NCBI GenBank assembly: GCA_918797485.1
Contig: CAKKNE010000002.1
Span: 496,001 to 560,000, forward strand
DNA from: Pelagomonas calceolata
Lineage: Eukaryota
Direction: 5' to 3'
Length of the DNA stretch: 64,000 nt
Each line of letters opens with the position of its first letter. Positions within the stretch are counted from its first letter, which is position 1. Shown here in pieces: positions 21,535-31,149 of this stretch. Below the pieces are notes generated by a model. It had not been told where the DNA came from, made no database searches, and worked only from the letters and a program-made list of their open reading frames with translations. Both the position numbers and the translations under genes were made by a program.

Positions 21535-22596
21535 TTAGGATCGGGCGAACGCCGCGCCGATATACGCGTCGACGCGCCGCAACAAGTCCTCGCCTTGAGC
21601 CGTGTGCTCGTGGGGCCCGAAATGCCCGACGCCGTGCGCGGCCCCCGGGTAGAGGACTAAGTCGCTTGGCGCCGGCCACCGCCTCGCCAGCTCCAGCGTG
21701 TCGTCGAGCAGTGCGTCGCAGGTTCCCACCGAGAATAGCGCGGGTGGCAAATCGGCGGGTAAGTCCGCGCGCAGGGGCGACGCGTCGGCGCGCGTCGCCG
21801 CGTCCGGGCAGAAGAGGCGCGCGAACCAGTCGAGCTCGCTGTTGCAGAAGACGAGGCGCCGCCCGAACGCGAGGCGCGACGGCGTGCCGACCAAGTCAGT
21901 GTAGCCGTACACTAGATTGAGGGCCGCGTAGCGCCGGCGTACGTCTGCCGAGCAGCGCAGCAGTCCCGCCAGCAGCAGATGCGCGCCCGACGACTCGCCG
22001 CCCGCGACCAGCGCCGGAGCGCCGTACTTCTCCGCGCCTACACGTACCGCCCAATTCAGCGCGGCCACTGCGTCGTCGACGGGCGCAGGATACGTGGCCT
22101 CCGGCGCCAGGCGGTACTCGACACTCACGACCACAGCTGAGAGGTCGTCCGCCATGCGCTGGAGCCGGCCGTCGCTCTGGCCATAGGCGCTACCCACGAC
22201 CCACCCGCCGCCGTGGAACTGGAGGTAAAGTCCGGAAACCGCCGTACCGGCGGGCGGCTCGAAGACGGAGATGCCGACCGGCGGGTCCGACGCCTGCAGC
22301 CCGGGGATGGAATCGTCGACGCGCCGCGGCTCATGCTCGTAGATGGCCGCCCGCGCCTCGCGCGCGCCGACCGGGTCGTTTATCGCGTCGAGTGGTGGCG
22401 TCTGTGCTGCAGCCGCTTCGACCTTGGCGTTCAGCGCTGTGACGTCTGGTGGTGTTACTAAGCTTGCCAGCACTGCCGGCAGCGCATTTAGCTCACCAGG
22501 CAGGCGCAGGTGTGCGGCTCCCGTGCTCGCGCAAGTCTCGAGGCGGCGCATCGTGCGAGCAGTGTTCGCAGCCCTCCTGAGGCTACGTAGCAGCAT
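21535..22596 (-). CDS. Alpha/beta hydrolase, HSL-like esterase
   Basis: HGGGW, YRLAPE, GESSG nucleophile elbow, D and H of the catalytic triad (CDALLDD, AAHG). Confidence 0.9.
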   Translation of the reverse strand: MLLRSLRRAANTARTMRRLETCASTGAAHLRLPGELNALPAVLASLVTPPDVTALNAKVEAAAAQTPPLDAINDPVGAREARAAIYEHEPRRVDDSIPGLQASDPPVGISVFEPPAGTAVSGLYLQFHGGGWVVGSAYGQSDGRLQRMADDLSAVVVSVEYRLAPEATYPAPVDDAVAALNWAVRVGAEKYGAPALVAGGESSGAHLLLAGLLRCSADVRRRYAALNLVYGYTDLVGTPSRLAFGRRLVFCNSELDWFARLFCPDAATRADASPLRADLPADLPPALFSVGTCDALLDDTLELARRWPAPSDLVLYPGAAHGVGHFGPHEHTAQGEDLLRRVDAYIGAAFARS

Positions 22597-22979
22597 CGAT
22601 TCGATTGCTTAATGCAATGTTTGCGGCCCCAAAAGCTGTGCTACCACTAGGTAATAGCACTAGGCTGCAGATGAGGCCGCCTAAAGCGTCCTGGGATGTA
22701 ATAAGATGGTACTGGGACGCCCCCACTCCCTGGCTGCGGCCTGAGAGCCGTAAACTCGCAGCCGATTTTCATTTTGGCCCCAACGACTGTAATTTGAGTG
22801 CGGCGGCAATTTCATACGCAATCGCAGCCAAACCGAGGGCCGCGCGAAGTGTCTAATTTGCTGCTGAACGGGCAGCGGCAACGCCGTCCACGCGTTAGCC
22901 CCCCGTTAGCTCGTACCGGACACGAACGGCTTGCTAAGCATCGGCAAGCGACCGGCGCGGCGGCGCAAAACATTAAACT

Positions 22980-24317
22980 ATGACGGCGCTCGCGGAGCGC
23001 AACAGCTGGGCCGCCGAGGGCGTCGATGATCTGCTCAAATTCTCGCGCAAGGCCTCGCAGGAGGAGCCGCAGCTCGTGCGGACGCTGCGGGGCCACCGCG
23101 GCGCGGTGCACGGCGTCGCGTTCTCGCCGACGCGGCGCCAACTCGCGTCGACGGGCGGCGACGGCGCCGTCATGCTCTGGTCCTTCGGCATGCGCGACGA
23201 GGCGACGCGCCGCGAGCGGCCGACGCGCGCCTACCGCTTCGAGGGCCACGACGGCGCGGTCTACTGCGCGGCTTTTAGGCGAGACGGGCGCCAGCTGGCG
23301 ACGGGCGGCGCGGACCGGACGGTGCGCCTCTGGGAGACGCGGGCGCGCGGCGAGAGCCGCATCTTGCGGGGCCACTCGGGCGCCGTGCGCGCGGTCGCGT
23401 TCTCGCCGGACGGGACGCGATTGCTGACGGGGGCGGACGACAAGTGCGTCAAGGTCTGGAGCCTGCCGCGGCGCCAATTTGTTTGTACGCTCGGGGCGTC
23501 AGAATTAGCGCCGCCCTCGGGCGCGCGGCCCGCGCGGCGGGCGAGGCATGGCGGCGGCGGCGCGGTAGCGAGCCACGCGAACTGGGTGCGCGCCGCGTGC
23601 TGGTCCCCGGACGGCACGGTCGCGGCGTCGGGCGGCGACGACAAATTGGTGAAGGTTTGGGACGTCGAGGCGGCCAAGGCCACGGCCACGTTCTTCGAGC
23701 ACGAGAAGGCCGTCCGCGGCGTCTGCTTCTCCGCGGACGGGACCTGCGTCGTGGCCTGCGGCGACGATGCGGCGATCAACGTCTGGGACACGCGCACGAA
23801 GGGCCTCCTCCAGCACTACACGGCCCACACCGGGCCTTGCACTTCTGTCGCCGTGGACCCGAAGCAGGCGGGTCGCTACCTCGCGTCGACCGGAGCGGAC
23901 GGTACCGTGAAGCTCTACGACCTGCGACAAGGCCAGCTCCTTTATACGCTCGAGGGCCACGCGGGCGGCGCGGCGGCGTGCGCATTCTCAGGTATGTCGA
24001 CGAAGGGCGAGTTGCTGGCTTCCGGAGGCGCGGACAAAACCGTCATGGTCTGGCGCTCCCAGCTCGACGGCTGCGGACCGGCGCCGGCTCCAAAGGCGCC
24101 TGCCAAGGCGCCGGCCCCTTCGAGGGCGCCGATCGCCGCCGCGGCGCCGCCGAAGCCTCCGCCGGCGCCGCCGGCCAAGGGCGTCCCCGAGGTCGTCGCG
24201 AAGACGCTCGACCACGTCGTCGGCCAGCTCGACGCCATCACCTCCACGCTCGGGGCCCTCGAGAAGCGCATCTGCGCGAACGAGGGCCGCGTCGCGACGA
24301 TCCTCGAGAAGCAGTAG
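22980..24317 (+). CDS. POC1: Centriolar WD40 protein POC1
   Basis: Seven WD40 repeats with RAYRFEGH, HANWVR, LLQHY, LLYTLEGH and a C-terminal coiled coil TLDHVVGQLDAITSTL..LEKR. Confidence 0.88.
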   Translation: MTALAERNSWAAEGVDDLLKFSRKASQEEPQLVRTLRGHRGAVHGVAFSPTRRQLASTGGDGAVMLWSFGMRDEATRRERPTRAYRFEGHDGAVYCAAFRRDGRQLATGGADRTVRLWETRARGESRILRGHSGAVRAVAFSPDGTRLLTGADDKCVKVWSLPRRQFVCTLGASELAPPSGARPARRARHGGGGAVASHANWVRAACWSPDGTVAASGGDDKLVKVWDVEAAKATATFFEHEKAVRGVCFSADGTCVVACGDDAAINVWDTRTKGLLQHYTAHTGPCTSVAVDPKQAGRYLASTGADGTVKLYDLRQGQLLYTLEGHAGGAAACAFSGMSTKGELLASGGADKTVMVWRSQLDGCGPAPAPKAPAKAPAPSRAPIAAAAPPKPPPAPPAKGVPEVVAKTLDHVVGQLDAITSTLGALEKRICANEGRVATILEKQ

Positions 24318-24386
24318 ATTTTCCTCCCCCGCTGCCCTCCTCCCCCGAACTGAACTAAAGGCGGTCGGTGACATCTACTAGTAATT

Positions 24387-25404
24387 TTACGACACGTAGG
24401 GCCGCAGGCACCGGAATTCTGGGTAGTGCTCGCCGCCGAGCCACAGCGTCAACGCAAACCGGTCGTCGCGCCGGCCGTGCGGTCGGACCTCGTGCAGCAC
24501 CGTCCGCGAATCGAATAGGACGAGACGGCCGCCCACGGGCCGCACCCGGTGGACGGCGGTCGCCGAGTCGCCCTCGTCGTCCGCGGCGTCGGCCCCGCAG
24601 TAGAGCACGAGCGCGCCGTCGTCGCCACTCCGCGCGGGCTCGTCCCAGGCCGGGCCGCACAGGTAGAGCACCGCCGTCACCTGTGTGGAAATCAACCAGT
24701 GTGTCGGGTCCTGGCTCGGTCGAGCGGCGAGGAACCGGCATCGCCACGCCATCGAGCAGGCGTCGCGTTGATGGCGTGGAGGACGACGAACGCGCCGTAC
24801 AATTTTGATTTCCACACAGGCAGTCAACCTCGCGCGCGCCGAACGACGGGTCGAAGGCCAGGACGCTGCCGTCGCGGTGCGGCGCGTAGCGCGGGCCCGA
24901 CGCGCCGTAGCGCGCGAGCTGGCCGGCCAGGGGCACGCCGAGCGCGCGCGACCGGCGGTGGCCGCGCGACACGTTGTCGTCGTCGAAGCCTTGCCACGCG
25001 CCGGCGCCGAGCGCGTCCGTGTCGAGCTCGCTCGCCACGCTCCGCAGCCGCGCGATCGCGAGGCGCAGCGCCGGCGAAGTGTCGTCGCCGCCGATCCACG
25101 TCACGCGGTCGGTCCGCGCGGAGGGGTCGTCCTGCGGCGTCTTTTTGAACGACTCGTGGCGCCGCTCGCAGGCCGCGTTCGCCGCCAACGCTTCGGCGCG
25201 GCTCAACACGCCGTCTACGACCACGAATCGGTCGCGGCGCAGCGCCGCACGCTGGTCTCTCGTCGTCACGTCGGCGCCGGCGCTCGCTTCGGCTGGGCTA
25301 TCGCGACGCGCGACCTCGATGGCGGGACCCGCCATCACCAGACATGCCCAGCCAACCCCTGCCGCGGGCCAGGCGCACCGCGCGGCCAGGCGTGCGGCTG
25401 CCAT
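24387..25404 (-). CDS. 2OG-Fe(II) prolyl-hydroxylase-like (EGLN-type), exons 25404-24829 and 24680-24387
   Basis: RTDRVTW, YAPHRD, spliced REVTAVLYL, GRLVLFDS, HEV, RFALTLW. Confidence 0.88.
24681..24828 (-). mobile_element. Introner-type intron (148 nt), inverted relative to its host gene
   Basis: Same TIRs and internal sequence as 17606-17748 on the + strand, but the host gene is on the - strand. Donor GTTGACTGC vs exonic GTGACGGC. Confidence 0.92.
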
Positions 25405-25578
25405 ATGCCTGTGCTGCAGCAATAGCAGGTGCTCTGCTCAGTGCAGCGGCATGTGTGCAGCACTATCTAGGCTTTGATGCGCGCGTGTGAGCTGCTCACC
25501 GCAAGAGGTTGCGGACTTGTGAGGCGCTTGCACCGTTCAATCGTGCCTATTGGGTCGTGCGGCGTGAGAGAGGCTGGA

Positions 25579-25630
25579 GGGCAGCAATCGGGCAGCAATC
25601 GGGCAGCAATCGTGCAGCAATCGTGCAGCA
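25579..25630 (+). repeat. 11-bp tandem repeat (G[G/T]GCAGCAATC), about 5 copies
   Basis: Directly visible in the sequence. Confidence 0.85.
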
Positions 25631-25658
25631 GCAACTCGAGCTCTGATGAATGTGAGGC

Positions 25659-25680
25659 CTAGTATGTTACCATACGCTAG
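25659..25680 (-). promoter_or_regulatory. CTAG-bracketed intergenic motif
   Basis: Reverse complement CTAGCGTATGGTAACATACTAG between divergent genes. Confidence 0.5.
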
Positions 25681-25884
25681 CGCGCAACGCAGGCCGCATC
25701 TCTCTCCGCGTAGCCCTCTTAGCTGGCCAGCACGGGCTCCTGACATCAGTTTCCAGGCGTCGTCGGTCGGTGCAGTTCGCCAGCTATCTTCGCGGCGTCG
25801 CTTCGCCAGTCTCAAAAAGTGTTCTTGCCTCGCCTCCATTTTTGCCGCCGCATTGCCGGCCGCATCCAAGAAATACGCAAATCT

Positions 25885-26997
25885 ATGTTCCGCCTCTGCC
25901 TCCTCGCAGCCGGCGCGGCGGCCATCTCTACCGATGCCATCGTTGACGACGCCGAGACGCTGCGCTCGGCCCTGAGCCACCTCAAGCTCGACGTGCGCGC
26001 GTCGGAGCTGGCGCGGCTCAAAGAAGCCCCGAACCTGGTCAAGCTCCTCGCCACCGCGCGCGACGACCCCCATACATTGGCGGCCCAGCTCGCCGCGTCG
26101 CCGCTGGCGGCCATCGCGCGCGAGGTCGCGCCGCCGACGAACACGAGAGATGTGACGGGCGCGCTCCCGATCGTCACGGCGCACGGCATGGGCGACAGCT
26201 GCTTCAACGCCGGCATGAAGAGCGTCACGGCGGCAGCCGGCAAGCGTGTGGGCGCCTACGCCGTCTGCGTGCCGACGGCGGACACTACGGTCGGAGATAC
26301 AATAGACGGGTTCCTGAAGAACATGGACCGGAGCGTGGACGCCTTCGCGGAGCGGGTCAGGAAGGACCCGAAGCTTAAAAACGGCTTCAACGCCCTCGGG
26401 CTGTCGCAGGGCAACAACGTGATCCGCGGCTACATCGCCAAGTACAACGACCCGCCCGTGCGCACGTTTTTGTCCATTTGTGGGTGTAATGCCGGTGTGG
26501 CCGCGTGGCCGCAGTGCAGTCCCGCCGGAAAGTTGATCGGGCCCGTCTGCCGGGCGCTCGCCGAGGTTTTGGGCGACCTCGCGTACCTAAAAGTTGTGCA
26601 AGATATCCTCTTCCAGGCGAACTACTACCGAGACCCGCTGCGGCTCAAGGACGACGCGTACCTGTCGAACTCGCGGCTGGCCCACTGGAACGGCGAGTCC
26701 CACGCGAACGCGACGTGGCGCGCCAACTTCCTGCGAACAGAAAAATTCGTCTGGGTCGAGGGCACGCGCGACACCGTCGTGTTCCCGCGAGACGGCGAGC
26801 ACTGGGCCGCGCCGGACCCGGCCGACCCCTGGAAGGGCGTGCAGCCCATGAAGCAGACGGCGTGGTACACGTCCGACGCCTTCGGCCTGCGCACGGCCGA
26901 CGACCAGGGCAAGCACGCCTTCGAGTCCTTCGCGGGCCAGCACATCGACTTCACGGACGAGGAGTTGTTTGGGTGGCTCGACAAGTACTTCACGTGA
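25885..26997 (+). CDS. PPT1: Palmitoyl-protein thioesterase 1
   Basis: Signal peptide, HGMGDSC, GLSQG, QANYYRDP, D.FGLR, G.H. Confidence 0.9.
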   Translation: MFRLCLLAAGAAAISTDAIVDDAETLRSALSHLKLDVRASELARLKEAPNLVKLLATARDDPHTLAAQLAASPLAAIAREVAPPTNTRDVTGALPIVTAHGMGDSCFNAGMKSVTAAAGKRVGAYAVCVPTADTTVGDTIDGFLKNMDRSVDAFAERVRKDPKLKNGFNALGLSQGNNVIRGYIAKYNDPPVRTFLSICGCNAGVAAWPQCSPAGKLIGPVCRALAEVLGDLAYLKVVQDILFQANYYRDPLRLKDDAYLSNSRLAHWNGESHANATWRANFLRTEKFVWVEGTRDTVVFPRDGEHWAAPDPADPWKGVQPMKQTAWYTSDAFGLRTADDQGKHAFESFAGQHIDFTDEELFGWLDKYFT

Positions 26998-27065
26998 TTG
27001 CCCCTTTCCCTCCTGTGTGTAAGAAGCTACTACATAGCACAAACTTAACACACTACGCTCTAACA

Positions 27066-27734
27066 CTACGCCTGGTGGTCCTCGGGCGCGCCGCCGCCCG
27101 CCTCGCAGTCCCGGAACCGCTCCCGCGCGCTGCCGAAGAGAGCCAGCAGTTGCGGATACGCCCATGCCGAGAGCGACCGCGCCGTGCGGCCGCACCAGAG
27201 CGTCGTCTTCCAACCGGCGCAAAATACAGCGCTCACAACTCCCCGGCGCTGCGTCGCCTCGCGCAACGCCTTGACGGCGTCCTTCTGACCGGTCGCGTGC
27301 CGAAAGGTCGCGCCCGTGCGCCGTACGTCGGTGTACAGGAACATCGCTTTCAGAGTGGCCGCCCGCTCCGCATCCTTCGTCACGCAAATCACGTGCGGCG
27401 CCGCGCGCGGCGACCACAGACTTCGGCCGCGCTGCCCCACGAACAACCCGATGGTCACGAGGACGTGGTCGAGCGGCGCCGATCGCGCGCTGGCCGGCGC
27501 GACCGCCGTGGAAATCTTCGCCGCCGGCGAGGCGTGCGCCGCGACGGACACGAAGTCCACGCGTCGCAGGCTCTCGCAGAGGTTCCGCAGCGTCGCGCAG
27601 ACGCCCACCGACTCCGCGTCGACGATGACGAGCGTGCGCATGCGCGGGCTCGACAGCGGCGGACCCAGTTCATTCAAGCTTTCCTCAAACGACGGGGGTC
27701 GCGGCGCGGTGCTGCCTCCCGTGCGGATGATCAT
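27066..27734 (-). CDS. Hypothetical protein
   Basis: 222-aa ATG ORF filling the gap between genes, no family recognised. Confidence 0.5.
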   Translation of the reverse strand: MIIRTGGSTAPRPPSFEESLNELGPPLSSPRMRTLVIVDAESVGVCATLRNLCESLRRVDFVSVAAHASPAAKISTAVAPASARSAPLDHVLVTIGLFVGQRGRSLWSPRAAPHVICVTKDAERAATLKAMFLYTDVRRTGATFRHATGQKDAVKALREATQRRGVVSAVFCAGWKTTLWCGRTARSLSAWAYPQLLALFGSARERFRDCEAGGGAPEDHQA

Positions 27735-27953
27735 CCTTGGTTGCCGCGCGCTTCTTTCGCGGTTGTTTAGCTGTTTGTGCGTGCGCTGTGCCCTGTGGCT
27801 AGATCCTGGCTGTGCTCTCGAGCGCTGCTGTGAGGACCTGGTTTGCCGCAGCGCTGTAATTCGTTGCGCGGAGTCACAAATTTATCACTGCTGTAGACGA
27901 ACGCACGAATGCTTGCCCTACACGCTTAAAAAACGCCGGCCGACCAAGCCATG

Positions 27954-27974
27954 CTAGCGGCTGTAAGACACTAG
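27954..27974 (+). promoter_or_regulatory. CTAG-bracketed intergenic motif
   Basis: CTAGCGGCTGTAAGACACTAG between divergent genes. Confidence 0.55.
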
Positions 27975-28259
27975 CAACGAAAGGATGCTGTTCTGGAATG
28001 AATTGAAGCCTCATATGCGCCCTGGCAAGTGTGTCCACGGCTTGGACACAGGTCCGCAGCCGAGCACCTTAACTCACCTTGGCCTCAGCAAGTAGCAGCA
28101 GCACACCTCCACCTGGCTGTGACGCGCAACAAGCTGCAACAAGGTTACGCCGTTGAAGCACAGATCAATTGCATTGCTGTGTCGACGCGAAGCCAGTAGC
28201 AATTCTTTGAGGCGCCACCAGCAAAATCCAAACAACATCGCTGTGAGAGAGCCTGCACC

Positions 28260-29511
28260 ATGAGGAGAGCCTGCACAACCGCAGCGGTAGCTTACGTAGC
28301 ATTCGTCGCAACTGCGCCAACGTGCAGCCATGCGCTGGTCGCGCCGCGCCACGGCCTGGGCCGAGCGCGCGCCCCGATCGGCCGACGACGGCATCGCTGG
28401 GCGCCGGCGCTGCGGCGGCGCGGCGGCGGCGAGGACGACGACGACGACGAGGAGGAGGACAAGGACGACGACGAGGAGGAGGAGGACGACGACGCGCACC
28501 TCTTCGACGACGAAGATGAGGAAGGCGCGGTCTCCGACGCGGATTTCGAGGGCGACTCACTCAAAGCTAGAGCGCGGAAGGCCTGGGCCGCGACGCCGCC
28601 CGTGACGCAGGTCTACGTCGGGTCGTCGCTCGCGCTTACCTTAGGATCGTTTTTTCTGGCCGGCAACCAGTGGCCGGCCTGGCTCAACCTCGACTGGAAG
28701 AAGGTGATGACGGGGCAGCTCTGGTCGCTGACCGGCGTCTGATATCCCTTCGAACACGGGCAATGACGACGTACGTATGCCGCCCCAGTCGGAATCGATA
28801 CGTGTCGAGTGCAATTTTTTTATCGTTTAACATCCGAGCCCCCCCGTCTCGGTCGTCGCGGTGGTGCGCCTCGTTACCCTGGCGCTTCACTTCTGTACTA
28901 CGCAGGCGGCCCTTCACGGGTTTTCTGTATTACGGGCCCTTCGGCCTCTCGTACCTGCTGACGATCCATTTCGTCTGGACATACATGGGCACGCTCGAGA
29001 AGCTGCAGTTCGCGGAGCCCTGGGACTTTCTGGTGATGCTGCTCTTCGGCGCGGCGTCGCTGCTCGCGGGCGTGGGGATTGGGGGCGGCAACGCGCGGTT
29101 CCTGGGCCACAACCTGAGCTGCTTCCTCGTCTACATCTGGGCGCGGACCTACGAGGGCCAGGAGGTCGCGGTCATGGAGTTCTTCACGATCCGCGCGGAG
29201 CTGCTCCCGTCGGTGTGGAAATCATTGCGGAGACCTTCGTCACCTGAACGCCATCGAGCAGATGCAGTGACGGGGACGACACGCCCGAAATTTGATTTCC
29301 ACGCAGGCTCCCGTGGTTCTTCGCGGCGCAGACCTACTTGCTCGAGCACGAGCCGCCGGTCCACGACCTGTTGGGCATCGCCATCGGCCACTCGTACACG
29401 GTCCTGCGGCAGCGGAAGCGCCTCGCGGCGCCGGGCGCGCTGCGCGCCGTCTACGAGGCGCGGCCGGAGCTCATGGCCAAGTACGAGGCGTTCGCGGAGG
29501 AGTTCTCCTAG
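28260..29511 (+). CDS. Derlin (Der1-like), exons 28260-28723, 28906-29202, 29307-29511
   Basis: Spliced protein gives TPPVT, GQLWRPFT, LE, VYIWAR, LLPW, DLLGIAIGH.Y. Signal-peptide-like N-terminus. Confidence 0.9.
28724..28905 (+). other. GT-AG intron (182 nt)
   Basis: Splits the TG|G codon and restores the conserved derlin WR motif. Confidence 0.88.
29203..29306 (+). mobile_element. Introner-type GC-AG intron (104 nt) with perfect 8-bp TSD
   Basis: GCTCCCGT at 29203-29210 and 29307-29314 flanking CGGTGTGGAAATCA...TGATTTCCACGCAG. Confidence 0.93.
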
Positions 29512-29580
29512 TCTAAGTACGATATCTAGAGGAAGTTTTTTTTTAGTTCAATACAACGCGAGCAGCGATGCTTTCCGTGC

Positions 29581-29913
29581 CTAGTTCTCGCCGAAGTACT
29601 TCGCAGAGTCGCCCTTGGCGATGCGGCCGACCTGTTGGATCGCGCCGGGCGCGATGACGATGAGTACCCACGGGACCGCGACCAGCACGACGGGCGCGAA
29701 GGCGACGACGAGGTTGATGGGCATGCCGAGCATGGAGCCCTGGAACGCGTTCGCGGCGAGCGGCGCGGCGAGCGCCGGCGCGGCCGCGGCGATGGCGAGC
29801 GGGTTCGCCTCGAACTTGGGGACGGCGACCGGCGCCTTGGCGCCCGCCCGCGGCGCGGAGAACGCGGCGACCGCCGTCGCGCACGCGAGGACAGCGAAAA
29901 CCGTGCGGGCCAT
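29581..29913 (-). CDS. Plastid/thylakoid-targeted small membrane protein, PsbY-like
   Basis: Signal peptide ending AAF, transit peptide, hydrophobic A-N-A cleavage, then PVVL...WVL..I.P.AIQQV. Confidence 0.6.
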   Translation of the reverse strand: MARTVFAVLACATAVAAFSAPRAGAKAPVAVPKFEANPLAIAAAAPALAAPLAANAFQGSMLGMPINLVVAFAPVVLVAVPWVLIVIAPGAIQQVGRIAKGDSAKYFGEN

Positions 29914-30630
29914 CTGCGCGGGGGACGGGTGAGCGGCGCGCGCGGGGCGAGACTCTCTGTGCGTCCTCCTCTCGGCGTCCCTCTCGAGAATCGGCGTCCC
30001 TCTCGAGAAAAACGTCCTCCTGTCTGCGGCCTCCGCTTGGGCGGTCGACCTCGAGCGGCACGAGCAGCAGTATCTTCGACCGTCGAAACGCTCTGAGTTA
30101 TCTCAGTGCTTCCCGGCGGCGTCCGCTGCGGCTGCGCCTTGCCGGCGCCGCTCTCCTCGCTCGCGCGATGCCTCTTTGGGGGCAGCAAGGCAAGGAGGCG
30201 GCCGCTCGCTCGTCCGCGCAGCAAAATTGATGCAATTTTCTGGCCAGGTCGAGTGGCGGCGGTGGTGCGTTGCTTGGAGTGCAATCGTTGGGTTCGACGC
30301 AGCGTTTCACGGCGTAAAAATGGACTTTGATTGTGCTCAACACCAAAATCTAGAGCTAGTAAGATTTTGCCGTCGATCCGGCGCACCCGTCCGCTGCCGG
30401 CATGAGGACAGCCAGTCGCACAGCTACAGGAAGCCGTTGGCGCAAGCACCGCGTGCGGCCGCGGGGCCTCAAGTCACGGGTTTTCATCGGCTACCGGTTC
30501 GAAGCCGAAACGCGTCGCATTCATCCGCTCTGGACGTGTGCGCATCGGTTCCAAGCTACTTCTCAAGTAGCGCATCCGTTGGCTGCAAATTTGCATCGAT
30601 TTCAGCCGCAAAAAAAAACAACACAAGAGC

Positions 30631-31107
30631 ATGTCCGCGCCCCGCCAGCGCTACAGCCGCGTGCCCACCGAGGACGCCGCGACGACCCGCGCCGCCGCGA
30701 AGAAGCGGCGCAGCGAGCTCGCCGAGCAGGTCGCGACGAAGATCCAGGCCGCCGCGTGGGTCGCGGCCGGCGGCTTCGTGGCCTACCAAACAGATTTACC
30801 GGTCGTGCTGCTGGCGGGCACGGAGACGAATCGGTTCTGGTGCGACGTCGCCGCGGCTTGTTTTGCGGCGAACTGTGTCTTATGCTTCTACCTGACGGTC
30901 TGGCTGCCGCACGTCCAGCGCATCGACCTCGAGTGGAACGTCTACTGCCCGCGCGTCATCCCGACGATGACCGTGCTGGGGCTCACCTGCGGCTTTTCGT
31001 TAATAAGGGGGCTCTGGCCCGTCTGGGGCCTGCTGACGCCGCTGATTTTGGGTTTAGTAGCGATGGCGTGCCTCATGTCGCTGCACTTCATACCGATACC
31101 CTGCTGA
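30631..31107 (+). CDS. TMEM128-like four-TM protein
   Basis: 158 aa, four hydrophobic segments, P.VIP, LWPVWG.LTPLIL. Confidence 0.7.
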   Translation: MSAPRQRYSRVPTEDAATTRAAAKKRRSELAEQVATKIQAAAWVAAGGFVAYQTDLPVVLLAGTETNRFWCDVAAACFAANCVLCFYLTVWLPHVQRIDLEWNVYCPRVIPTMTVLGLTCGFSLIRGLWPVWGLLTPLILGLVAMACLMSLHFIPIPC

Positions 31108-31149
31108 GGGCTGCATGCGCAATTTTGAACCTAAGTTTCACTGTTACAA

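Noticed and set aside
28724..28905. Derlin intron 1 as an introner member
   Set aside because: No convincing TIR, TSD or internal ACGCCATCGA motif
31102..31128. TGC-TGA-GGG at the end of the TMEM128-like gene, resembling a Cys-Sec-Gly motif
   Set aside because: No SECIS-like AUGA/GA stem nearby, the family is not a redox selenoprotein, and the protein is complete at TGA
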